Shown: positions 38,879 through 47,632 of the stretch, one piece after another
Layout: every line of letters begins with the position of its first letter
How positions within the stretch are numbered: the stretch's first letter is position 1
Assembly (NCBI GenBank): GCA_977020255.1
Contig: CDROCS010000253.1
Coordinates: 1,984,001-2,048,000, forward strand
DNA: 64,000 nt
Source of the DNA: Obrimoposthia wandeli
Taxonomy: Eukaryota
Direction: 5' to 3'
The notes under the pieces: model-generated
The model's input: the letters and a program-made list of their open reading frames with translations, nothing else
The model's database searches: none
What the model was told of the DNA's origin: nothing
Made by a program: the position numbers and the translations under genes

Positions 38879-38934
38879 AAAGTTATCTCTGCTGTGTTAA
38901 TTTATTAAAGATTAGTTTATTAAGTATTTATTTA

Positions 38935-39921
38935 TTAAGTTATCGCACGAGAACGATACATGATAAATAAGAAAAATATACTACCTAGTGCTGACGTTAT
39001 AATGCCAATAGGTATTTCTGCGTGAGGCAGTGATGAGCGGGCAATAACATCTACCCAGATAAGAAATATAGCGCCAACTAGCGCACTGCCAATAATTAGT
39101 TTAAGTGTTGTTACCCCGATGAGCTGCCTAACAATGTGAGGGATCATCAAGCCAACAAAACCAATGCCACCACAATAGGCAACAATAGTTGCGGTAAGTG
39201 CAGCACAAATTCCTAACATGAGTAAACGTAATTTATCTACATCAACACCTAAGCTAGCTGCACTTTCATCACCTAATAAAAGTGCGTCAATCTGTCTATG
39301 TAGTGCTAGCACTGTCATAATTGCGATTAATAAAATACTAGCAATCACGTAGAAGTTACTCATTTCTACTCGCGCTAAGCTACCCATAAGCCAAAAAATA
39401 ACGCGGTTGGTGGCAAAAGGTTCACCAAAATAGAGGATGAACTGCGTTATCGATGCGAGCATAAATGACACGGCTACCCCGGCGAGTAGTAGTTGCTCCA
39501 TACGTTGCAGTACCTTAGCGATAAATACTACGATGACGACAGAAAATAGTGCCCCGAGAAAGGCAGCTAATGGTAAAGCAATGGTTAGGTTGTCGGCCAA
39601 TGAGATGTTCGCGATTGTTGCCCCTAAACCTGCGCCTGAAACGATACCAAATAGGTAAGGATCGGCGAGAGGGTTACGCGTGGTATTCTGTAAAATAGCG
39701 CCTGCTATGGCTAATCCCATTCCCGCAACTAGTGCAACTAGCACCCTTGGAATACGTACTTGCCATATAACAATATTAGCTATTTGATTTTGGCAACTGC
39801 CGACTAAGCAGGCCATTAACTGCGAAGAGTCTATGTCAGCGGGGCCAAAGGTTATGGCTGCAAGTGCCGACAGAATGACTAACACCGCCAATGCGAATAA
39901 GCTAGTTGAGACTTTATTCAC
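38935..39921 (-). CDS. btuC: FecCD/BtuC-family ABC permease, probably for cobalamin
   Basis: RIPRVLVA, TRNPLADPYLFGIVSGA, LGDESAASLGV, GIGFVGLMIPH. Confidence 0.82.
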   Translation of the reverse strand: MNKVSTSLFALAVLVILSALAAITFGPADIDSSQLMACLVGSCQNQIANIVIWQVRIPRVLVALVAGMGLAIAGAILQNTTRNPLADPYLFGIVSGAGLGATIANISLADNLTIALPLAAFLGALFSVVIVVFIAKVLQRMEQLLLAGVAVSFMLASITQFILYFGEPFATNRVIFWLMGSLARVEMSNFYVIASILLIAIMTVLALHRQIDALLLGDESAASLGVDVDKLRLLMLGICAALTATIVAYCGGIGFVGLMIPHIVRQLIGVTTLKLIIGSALVGAIFLIWVDVIARSSLPHAEIPIGIITSALGSIFFLFIMYRSRAIT

Positions 39922-40744
39922 TTAAGAACTCCGAAATAGTGTTGTCTTGAATACAATTTTCTTTCAGATAAAAAGAGACTTGTGTTGCGCCAGTGATGAC
40001 ATCAACATTTTGCTGACAAGGCAGACCAAAAATTTGGCTTAATTGCTCTGGTGCCAATACTTTTTTAGGGGAGCCATCGCAAATTAATTGGCCTTTATCT
40101 AATAGCAATAATCGTTGACAATATAAACTGGCTAAATTGAGGTCATGGACCGTCATGATCACGGTAATATTAAGTTTATTTACTAACTGTAATACTTGAT
40201 GTTGGTAATAAACATCAAGGTGATTTGTGGGCTCATCAAGGATTAATATTTGGCTTGCTTGTACCAGTGCTCTAGCAATTAATACGCGTTGCTGTTCACC
40301 ACCAGAGAGTAAGTTAAAGTGACTATTTAGCGCATGGCTTAAACCGACTTTGCTTAAGGCTAATGTTATCTGCGCTTTATCGTGGTCACTGTCGAGTGAG
40401 AAAATCTTTTTGTGCGGTAATAAGCCCATCTTCATAACATCTTGTACTGATAAAGCAAAAATAGTGTCATTCTTTTGCATAACTAGGGCAAAATGTTGAG
40501 CAACTTCTTTGGCACTGAACTGTGTTATGGGGCGATTTTTTAGCTGAACACTACCGGTTATATCTTTACTTGCTAGAATATTCGCTTGGTTAGTTAAACA
40601 ACGTAGCAAGCTTGTTTTACCCGCGCCATTTGGTCCAATAATACCGATCACTTCACCTTTTTTTACAGTAAAGTTAATATCTTTTAAGATTGTTTTATTT
40701 GGAACCTTCCAGCTAAGACCAGAAATATTTAATAGTGTAGACAT
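39914..40744 (-). CDS. btuD: ABC transporter ATP-binding subunit, probably BtuD
   Basis: Likely start 40744 (MSTLLNI); Walker A GPNGAGKT, LSGGEQQRV, ILDEPTNHLD, HDLN. Confidence 0.82.
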   Translation of the reverse strand: MSTLLNISGLSWKVPNKTILKDINFTVKKGEVIGIIGPNGAGKTSLLRCLTNQANILASKDITGSVQLKNRPITQFSAKEVAQHFALVMQKNDTIFALSVQDVMKMGLLPHKKIFSLDSDHDKAQITLALSKVGLSHALNSHFNLLSGGEQQRVLIARALVQASQILILDEPTNHLDVYYQHQVLQLVNKLNITVIMTVHDLNLASLYCQRLLLLDKGQLICDGSPKKVLAPEQLSQIFGLPCQQNVDVITGATQVSFYLKENCIQDNTISEFLSE

Positions 40745-40789
40745 AATTAAACTCGTGTTTTCCCGCACGGTAATAAGAATAGTTTTTTT

Positions 40790-40895
40790 TGGTTAGCTAT
40801 CTGACTTTGAAATAATATTTTTTATATCAGTTCATTCACAGTTGCGGGCACAGTGATGGTCTTTAACCATCTTCGTTAACACAATAAAACCTTTG
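40790..40895 (-). promoter_or_regulatory. Minimal/degenerate cobalamin riboswitch upstream of btuD
   Basis: Minus strand: AAAGGTTTT...TAACGAAG-ATGGT-TAAAG-ACCAT-CACTGTGCCCGCAACTGTGAA...AAAGTCAGATAGCTAACC; starts right after the predicted promoter and heads a B12 transport operon. Confidence 0.68.
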
Positions 40896-40903
40896 AGAGA
40901 CGG

Positions 40904-40932
40904 ATTCTATAGTGATTAATAATTATTAGCAA
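40904..40932 (-). promoter_or_regulatory. Sigma70 promoter of the btuD-btuC-cobO-btuF-btuB operon
   Basis: TTGCTA (40932-40927), 17 bp, TAGAAT (40909-40904); predicted +1 near 40897 coincides with the riboswitch 5' end. Confidence 0.6.
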
Positions 40933-40937
40933 ACTTT

Positions 40938-40953
40938 AGATGTTTAGATGGCT
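40938..40953. promoter_or_regulatory. Tandem Met boxes (candidate MetJ operator)
   Basis: AGATGTTT-AGATGGCT, each 6 of 8 to AGACGTCT, in exact 8-bp register with TA at the junction; adjacent to the -35 of the btu promoter. Confidence 0.65.
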
Positions 40954-41186
40954 ATTTGTTATGCGTTATTAACATTGAATTATGGAAGCTTTGAGGTATC
41001 AACATTACACTATAATGTTTCATAAGCTCACTTATTTATAAATAATGGAAATACGAATAACTTTCACTTTAAATATAAATAGTTAGTAACATCAATTCAC
41101 CGTATTAATTCGATAAATCCTTATCCATCTACTACGCTTTAAGACAATTAATTTTCAATTTTCTCAATAGAGTGCAGAGGTAAAAG

Positions 41187-41672
41187 ATGAAAGGTAATCC
41201 AAAAATTATAGCGAGTCTAAATGGCTTATTACATAACGAGTTAGCAGCTATTGATCAGTACTTCATTCATTCTCGAATGTATCAAGATTGGGGACTAGAT
41301 AAACTTTTTGACCAACTAGATCATGAAATGCAGGAAGAAATCACTCATGCAGATGCGCTAATAAAGCGAATTTTATTTCTTGAAGGCAGTCCTAATTTAG
41401 CTGACCGTAGAGATTTAATTATTGGTAATGATGTCCCTAGCATGCTGAATAATGACTTAACACTTGAAATGGAGGTAGTGGCGGCATTAAAAGCTTCTAT
41501 TACCTTATGTGAAAGTGAAGGGGATTTTCAAAGCAGAGAGATGTTAGAAAAGCTACTGGAAGATACCGAAGAAGATCATGTTTACTGGCTTGAAAAACAG
41601 CTTGGACTCATTAATAAAATAGGACTGCAAAATTATATCCAATCTCATATGGGTCAGCATTTACCGGGTTAA
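41187..41672 (+). CDS. bfr: Bacterioferritin subunit, ferroxidase type without heme Met52
   Basis: MKGNPKII, E18, E51, H54, TEEDH retained; residue 52 is Ile. Confidence 0.93.
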   Translation: MKGNPKIIASLNGLLHNELAAIDQYFIHSRMYQDWGLDKLFDQLDHEMQEEITHADALIKRILFLEGSPNLADRRDLIIGNDVPSMLNNDLTLEMEVVAALKASITLCESEGDFQSREMLEKLLEDTEEDHVYWLEKQLGLINKIGLQNYIQSHMGQHLPG

Positions 41673-41681
41673 GGGGTTGTC

Positions 41682-42149
41682 ATGAAAGGTAATAAACAAG
41701 TTATTGCACTGTTAAATAGTACGTTGGCAATTGAACTCATCGCGATTAATCAATATTTTTTGCATGCACGCATGTATAAAAATTGGGGCTTAGAAAAGCT
41801 CAATAAAGCAGATTATAAAATATCCATTGAGAAAATGAAGCAAGCAGATGATCTTATCGAGCGTATTTTGTTCTTAGAAGGCTTGCCAAATTTACAAGAT
41901 TTAGGGCGTTTACATATTGGTGAACATACAACAGAGATGCTGCAATCAAATATGGATTTAGAGTATGTCTCTCGTCAGGCTTTACAAACATTAATTGTAG
42001 AAAGTGAGAAAGTACAAGACTATATCAGTAGAGATTTAGCGAAAGATTTACTGGAAAATGTAGAAGAGCAAATTGATTGGATTGAATCCCAACAATATAT
42101 TATTGACCATGTAGGTATCGAGAATTACCTACAATCTATGATGAGTTAA
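41682..42149 (+). CDS. bfr: Bacterioferritin subunit, heme-binding type with degenerate ferroxidase centre
   Basis: Met52 present; E51K, H54Q, E127V, H130Q by direct residue count against E. coli numbering. Confidence 0.92.
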   Translation: MKGNKQVIALLNSTLAIELIAINQYFLHARMYKNWGLEKLNKADYKISIEKMKQADDLIERILFLEGLPNLQDLGRLHIGEHTTEMLQSNMDLEYVSRQALQTLIVESEKVQDYISRDLAKDLLENVEEQIDWIESQQYIIDHVGIENYLQSMMS

Positions 42150-42230
42150 GCTATTACTTTGTTTGAATACTCTCAGTGTTGTGAAGTGCAGCTTTAAAGT
42201 TAGCTAATTAGTTCATTGTTTAAATAGGAC

Positions 42231-42425
42231 TTAAGCTACTTGTGGCTGTGCTTCAGCAATTTGTAATAATTTTCTGTTGAGTACGCGTTTAGTACATTGG
42301 CAACATTTACCACATTGCGATCCTACACTAAGTTCTTGGGTTAGCTCTTTCATCGTTTCTGCACCATTATCTATAGCGGATTCTATTTGTGTATCGGTAA
42401 CACCATGGCAAATACAAATGTACAT
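42231..42425 (-). CDS. bfd: Bacterioferritin-associated ferredoxin Bfd
   Basis: MYICICHGVTD...VGSQCGKC motif, 64 aa. Confidence 0.95.
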   Translation of the reverse strand: MYICICHGVTDTQIESAIDNGAETMKELTQELSVGSQCGKCCQCTKRVLNRKLLQIAEAQPQVA

Positions 42426-42482
42426 ACAAAAACTCTCAACTTAATAAAACAAGACATAATCAATGTTGCATATGATAACCTT

Positions 42483-42501
42483 AATGATAATAATTATCAA
42501 T
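42483..42501. promoter_or_regulatory. Fur box upstream of bfd
   Basis: Perfect 7-1-7 palindrome TGATAAT-A-ATTATCA (42485-42499), about 60 bp upstream of bfd. Confidence 0.85.
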
Positions 42502-42708
42502 AAGGTTGTTTTGTAGTGAAATTAATAAGTTAGTCTTTTTGTGCTAAATCAAAGATAGTTTTCTATAAAAGTTCTTCTCAATCAGGGGACGTTAATAATA
42601 CCAATCGGACTAATTTATTGATCACTTAGCGAGAATTAGCTTCTCCATAACTGTTCTAATTTTTATCTATTGATAATACTTTCAAGTTTAGTCACATAAA
42701 ATTTGGAT

Positions 42709-42732
42709 AAAAAAAGGAGCCGAAGCCCCTTT
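42709..42732 (-). terminator. Intrinsic terminator of the M13 peptidase gene
   Basis: Minus strand AAAGGGGC-TTCG-GCTCCTTTTTTT (cUUCGg tetraloop and U-run). Confidence 0.85.
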
Positions 42733-42757
42733 GTTAATCGTTATATCTGTTAGTTAA

Positions 42758-44821
42758 CTACCAAATTTTAACGCGTTTTTCTGGTGCGATATACATAGCA
42801 TCCCCTTCTTTAACATCAAATGCTTCATAAAATTCATTGATGTTTGAAAGAGAGCCAAGTGCACGGAATTCAGCAGGTGAATGTGGGTCAGTCGCTACAC
42901 GATTACGTGCAGACTTCTCTACAATTTTTGCGCGCCAAATTTGAGCATAACCCATAAAGAAACGTTGATCGCCGGTTAAGCCATCAATAATAGGCGCTTC
43001 TGCACCGTTTAATGATGCTTTATAGGCTCTGTAAGCGATAGTTACACCCGATAAGTCGCCAATGTTTTCACCTAGTGTCAACTTACCATTTACCGCTAAG
43101 TCGTCAAAAACGTGATATTCATCATATTGTTCAACAAGGGCTTTAGTACGGTTAGCAAACTCAGCTAAGTCTTGCTCAGTCCACCAATTTCTAAGGTTGC
43201 CTTCGGCGTCATATTTACTACCTTGATCATCAAAACCATGGCCCATCTCATGCCCAATTACAGCACCGATGCCGCCGTAGTTAACAGCACTATCAGCTTT
43301 CATATTAAAAAATGGCGCTTGTAATATAGCTGCTGGGAAAACAATCTCATTTACTGTTGGGTTGTAGTAAGCATTAACTGTTTGTGGTGTCATGCCCCAT
43401 TCCCATTTTTTAATTGGACCACCAAGTTTAGCAACTTCTTTATCATGAGATAAGCGTGAAGAACGAAGAATATTACCTACTAAATCATCAGCATCGATAC
43501 TAAGTCCAGAATAATCTTCCCATCTATCAGGGTAACCAATTTTAGGGGTAAAAGCGGCTAACTTAACATGTGCTGCTTCTTTGGTATCAGCTGACATCCA
43601 CTCAAGGTCATCAATGCTATTGCCATAAGATGTACGTAAATTTTCAACTAACTCGCTCATGCGCGCTTTCGCTTGTGGAGTAAAGTGACGGTTAACATAA
43701 ACCTTACCAATTACCTCACCTAAGTTACTATTTACAACACCAACGCCACGTTTCCATTGTGGGCGTTGCTCTTTTCGGCCACTTAACTGTTTTGAATAAA
43801 AATCAAAGTTTTCATTATCAATATCTGTGCTTAAGTAGCTAGCAAAATTACTTAAACTTTGAAAATTCAAATATGTCTTCCAATCATCTAGCGATGTTTC
43901 GGTAAATATGCCACCAAAACCGGCAACAAAATCGGGTTGGTTAATAATAATATCTTTTTGAGAGGCAACACCTTGAGCAGCAAGGTAAGCTGACCAATCA
44001 AAAGCATCTGTTAATTCATTTAACTTATTAACAGCAAACTTGTTGTAGCGTTTTTCACTGTCGCGACTTTGAACTTTTGTCCAGTGAAATTTAGCTAACT
44101 TTGTCTCTAGTGCCATGATAGTTTTAGCGGCTTCTTTACCATTAGCAAGACCAGCTAGTTTGAACATATTTTCAATGTGGGCAAGATAACCAGCACGTAA
44201 AGCGATAAAACGTTCTGTTTCATTAAAATAGTAGTCTTTATCAGGTAGACCTAGGCCACTTTGCCAGATGTGAGTTGCATAGCTATTAGAATCTTTAGCA
44301 TCAACACTAATGTAAAAAGCTAAAGGACTGCCTACACCTACTGCTTGATATTTACCAAAAAAAGTCGCTAATTCTGATTTGTCACTAAGGTTGTTTATAG
44401 CATCAAAAACAGGTTGGATTGGTTTAATACCTAAATTATTACGTTTTTCTGTGTCCATATATGAACGGAAAATATCAGCTACTTTTTGCTCATCGCTACC
44501 TTTAGCTAAGCTCTCTTTTGCAGCAAGCTCTTCGATGATGGCTTTAACATCATCATCGGCTTGATCACGAAGATCATAGAATGAACCAATAGCCGTTTTA
44601 TCACCGGGAATATCGTGGCTCTTTAGCCAGTTACCGTTTACATAACGATAGAAGTTATCTTGTGGACGAACACTTATGTCTAAATTAGCTCTTTCAATAC
44701 CTGAAGCCAGTGCCGTTTTTTGAGTCACCATTGGTGCATTATTTTTACTGTCAGCTTGAGTAGTACAGCCGGTCATTAGCAATAATGATGAACAAATTGC
44801 ACTGGTAATAATTGCTTTCAT
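42758..44821 (-). CDS. M13 family (neprilysin/PepO-like) zinc metallopeptidase, lipoprotein
   Basis: Lipobox MTGC; RPQDNFYRYVNG, VNAYYNP, GHEMGHGFDD, GENIGD, DPHSP. Confidence 0.95.
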   Translation of the reverse strand: MKAIITSAICSSLLLMTGCTTQADSKNNAPMVTQKTALASGIERANLDISVRPQDNFYRYVNGNWLKSHDIPGDKTAIGSFYDLRDQADDDVKAIIEELAAKESLAKGSDEQKVADIFRSYMDTEKRNNLGIKPIQPVFDAINNLSDKSELATFFGKYQAVGVGSPLAFYISVDAKDSNSYATHIWQSGLGLPDKDYYFNETERFIALRAGYLAHIENMFKLAGLANGKEAAKTIMALETKLAKFHWTKVQSRDSEKRYNKFAVNKLNELTDAFDWSAYLAAQGVASQKDIIINQPDFVAGFGGIFTETSLDDWKTYLNFQSLSNFASYLSTDIDNENFDFYSKQLSGRKEQRPQWKRGVGVVNSNLGEVIGKVYVNRHFTPQAKARMSELVENLRTSYGNSIDDLEWMSADTKEAAHVKLAAFTPKIGYPDRWEDYSGLSIDADDLVGNILRSSRLSHDKEVAKLGGPIKKWEWGMTPQTVNAYYNPTVNEIVFPAAILQAPFFNMKADSAVNYGGIGAVIGHEMGHGFDDQGSKYDAEGNLRNWWTEQDLAEFANRTKALVEQYDEYHVFDDLAVNGKLTLGENIGDLSGVTIAYRAYKASLNGAEAPIIDGLTGDQRFFMGYAQIWRAKIVEKSARNRVATDPHSPAEFRALGSLSNINEFYEAFDVKEGDAMYIAPEKRVKIW

Positions 44822-45096
44822 GAAAAGTCCTTGTCTATAACTTATAGAATGAATTTGAGTGAACAGGCTAAATGCACACGATTGTTCGATTCTACGGGGA
44901 ATTTTTAAGGATTTCCAGCAAGTGAAACATCATTTTACATATTTGTTTTGTTTGAAGAAATAGCCAAAATACAAGGTGAAAGGACTATTAAAGGTAAGTC
45001 GTTGGTTTTGTTTGGTTAACAGGCTTGTAACACTGAATTAACAAGCCGTTATGGAGCAGATGTCGATGATCACAACATTAGTTAACTGCTAACTCC

Positions 45097-46323
45097 TTAT
45101 AAGTTTTTACCATGTGGCAATACTGCATTGGAGAATATAATACCGGCGACCAGGGACATAAATATTAAGAATGTTTGTGAACCTAGATCGGGTACATTTA
45201 ACATATTCTGTCCGGAAACAGCACTATTCAAACCAATATAGACTTTTGAGCCAGGTACCAGAACAACTAAGCCAAGCAGCCTTACAATGCTAGAAGGTAG
45301 ATTCATCAGTCGAGAGAACAAGTTACTATATAAGCCAAGTGCAAAAGCGCCAACGAATGCACCTAGTGCTACGCCTAAATATTCGGTTGCCCAAATACTA
45401 ACACCAAAAGCAATATATCCAGCAATCATACCCCAAGGTGCATCTTTTAACCGTACTTTAAAAAGAATAACTAAACTTACTGATAACGTGGTTACCGCTA
45501 ACCAAGAAGTCCAAACAGGCATCGTTTCAGGGGGCAGGAATGTTGCGGTTCCCCACATTAAGCTACCCAAAGCCATACCCAGTACTGCGCCGAAATAAAG
45601 TTTAAATAGCACCATTATACTGTCCATGATACGCGCTGTACCAGACATCAAGTGTCGAGCGGCAAGTTCAGATAAACCGACCGTTAAAGACAAACCAGGA
45701 ATAAAAACAATGATGCTAGATAGAATAACCATAGGAATGTTAATGCTAGGGTCAATCATCGATATTGCCGAGGCTAATAGAGATGCCATCAGAGCTGCCA
45801 TAGGTTCTAGTAAATCTGACATGCGCCGTGAACGTTCTGACCAAAGTACAAAAACAAAGGTAACCCAGCCCAATATAGTCGACCAAAAAACATCATGCCA
45901 ACTGGTATGCATTAGCATGGCAAAAGCGCCACTTGATGCACCAAAAGCTAAAAAAGATAACATCGTACCATAAGGTGCTGGTTTGTTTTTTACCTCAGCT
46001 AAACGATCAATCGCTTCTTCGAGTGTGCGTTCGCCATTAATTAGTTCATCAACTAGTTCATCAATACGGGCTAAAGAACCTAGATCAATGTCGCCAGGGC
46101 TAACACGAACTAAGTGATTATATTGCTGATCATCTTCATCATCAGATAAGATGAAAGTTAATGCGGTAGGCGTGATGATAAAAGAAGCGCGAAGATCTAG
46201 AAACTTAGCAATAGATAATAAGTTGTCTTCTAGACGGTAAGCGGTAGAGCCTAGCTTATGTAAAGCTTTGCCTAATTTTATGATAAAACGGCGTTTTTGG
46301 TAAAAATTATCGATTTGCTGCAT
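45097..46323 (-). CDS. ThrE-family threonine/serine exporter
   Basis: Likely start 46323 (MQQIDNFYQKRRFIIKLG); GSTAYRLE, IVFIPGLSLT, VLVPGSKVY; about 10 TM. The extension to 46578 is antisense to a small + strand gene. Confidence 0.85.
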   Translation of the reverse strand: MQQIDNFYQKRRFIIKLGKALHKLGSTAYRLEDNLLSIAKFLDLRASFIITPTALTFILSDDEDDQQYNHLVRVSPGDIDLGSLARIDELVDELINGERTLEEAIDRLAEVKNKPAPYGTMLSFLAFGASSGAFAMLMHTSWHDVFWSTILGWVTFVFVLWSERSRRMSDLLEPMAALMASLLASAISMIDPSINIPMVILSSIIVFIPGLSLTVGLSELAARHLMSGTARIMDSIMVLFKLYFGAVLGMALGSLMWGTATFLPPETMPVWTSWLAVTTLSVSLVILFKVRLKDAPWGMIAGYIAFGVSIWATEYLGVALGAFVGAFALGLYSNLFSRLMNLPSSIVRLLGLVVLVPGSKVYIGLNSAVSGQNMLNVPDLGSQTFLIFMSLVAGIIFSNAVLPHGKNL

Positions 46324-46411
46324 TGCTATATAAAATGGTAAGTTGCACTGCTCGCTATGGTAATCGATTTTGCTAAAACTGGGTATAAAAAAATAAGGTG
46401 AAAATATAAAA

Positions 46412-46585
46412 ATGACATTAATAATTATTTTGGCTTGTGTCTTTATGGCTGTCTTTTTGATGGTTACTTTGGGTGAGAAGTTTGGTAAACCCATGACCGA
46501 TGAACAACAAGGTAAATACAGTAAAATCACACGAATACTGGTATTTGTATTAATAGTCGCAGCTATTATCAAAACCATGTTTTAA
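46412..46585 (+). CDS. 57-aa two-TM membrane protein, not in the ORF track
   Basis: SD-like AAGGTG upstream; MTLIIILACVFMAVFLMVTLGEKFGKPMTDEQQGKYSKITRILVFVLIVAAIIKTMF*. Confidence 0.72.
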   Translation: MTLIIILACVFMAVFLMVTLGEKFGKPMTDEQQGKYSKITRILVFVLIVAAIIKTMF

Positions 46586-46660
46586 ACGACTTTATTGCTT
46601 AATCATCATCAGGTAAAATGGTGTAATAAACCCCTTGTCTTTCACACAAAGAGATCCGTA

Positions 46661-47431
46661 ATGCAGCAACTGCCTAAACTCGACTTAAAAAATAAAGTAT
46701 CAGCCCAAGAATGGCAATTACGGGTTGATTTAGCGGCTTGTTATCGATTATTGCAAATGCATGGTTGGGATGATCTCATTCATACCCATATTTCAGTGTG
46801 CATTCCAGGTACTGAACATATTTTGATTAATGCTTTTGGTCTAGCTTTTGAAGAAATAACTGCGTCCAACCTAGTTAAAATTGATATCAACGGCAATATC
46901 ATCGATAAAGATTGCCCGTTTGAAATAAACCCTGCTGGTTTCACTATTCATAGTGCGGTACATCAAGTACGCCATGATGATATCTGCGCTTTGCACATAC
47001 ACACCAATGAAACTATTGCCGTTGCTAGTGTTGAAGAGGGCTTGTTGCCGATAAGCCAGTATTCAATGTTTGCCTTAGCGTCGATGAGTTACCATGATTA
47101 TGAAGGTCTAGCGGTTAATGATGATGAAAAGCGTCGATTGCAAAATGACTTAGGTGATAAAAACTTTATGTTATTACGAAATCATGGCGCCTTAACCATG
47201 GGCAAGACCATTGGTGATGCTTTTATGCATATGTATGATTTAACACGTGCCTGTGAAATACAGTTGCAAGTAATGGCAACAGGTATGAAACCTATTTATG
47301 CCCCGCAAAGTATTATTGACGGTATTAAAGCGCAAGCTAATATTGTCCATGATGGCGAGACTGGCGGCCAAAAAGCATGGCCAGCGATGCTCCGTCGCGT
47401 ATATCGTAATGATCCGAGCTTTGCTGAGTAG
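46661..47431 (+). CDS. Class II aldolase/adducin family protein
   Basis: Likely start 46661; EWQLRVDLAACYR, DLIHTHIS, GFTIHSAVH, HIHT, LRNHGALT. Confidence 0.9.
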   Translation: MQQLPKLDLKNKVSAQEWQLRVDLAACYRLLQMHGWDDLIHTHISVCIPGTEHILINAFGLAFEEITASNLVKIDINGNIIDKDCPFEINPAGFTIHSAVHQVRHDDICALHIHTNETIAVASVEEGLLPISQYSMFALASMSYHDYEGLAVNDDEKRRLQNDLGDKNFMLLRNHGALTMGKTIGDAFMHMYDLTRACEIQLQVMATGMKPIYAPQSIIDGIKAQANIVHDGETGGQKAWPAMLRRVYRNDPSFAE

Positions 47432-47463
47432 CATATATTCTAAGTGTTAATGCCTGCTTAAAA

Positions 47464-47548
47464 GTAACCGCAGTTATTAATTAGCTCATTTTAGTCTTGT
47501 TAATTTTTCCAATAAGCTATTAACCTTTAACGTAATAACTGTGGTTAC
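47464..47548. repeat. 85-bp inverted-repeat hairpin between the aldolase and dehydratase genes
   Basis: GTAACCGCAGTTATTA (47464-47479) / TAATAACTGTGGTTAC (47533-47548), 15 of 16 complementary, with an inner TAGCT/AGCTA pair. Confidence 0.65.
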
Positions 47549-47632
47549 CTTAGAAAATTAATTTCAAAATAAGCCACTAGAACGAAACTTTACTTTCGCT
47601 AGATAGCCTCACCTAAAAGAATTGAGATAAAT

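Noticed and set aside
46324-46578. 85-aa N-terminal extension of the ThrE ORF
   Set aside because: It is the antisense of the 57-aa + strand gene; the ThrE-like sequence starts at 46323.
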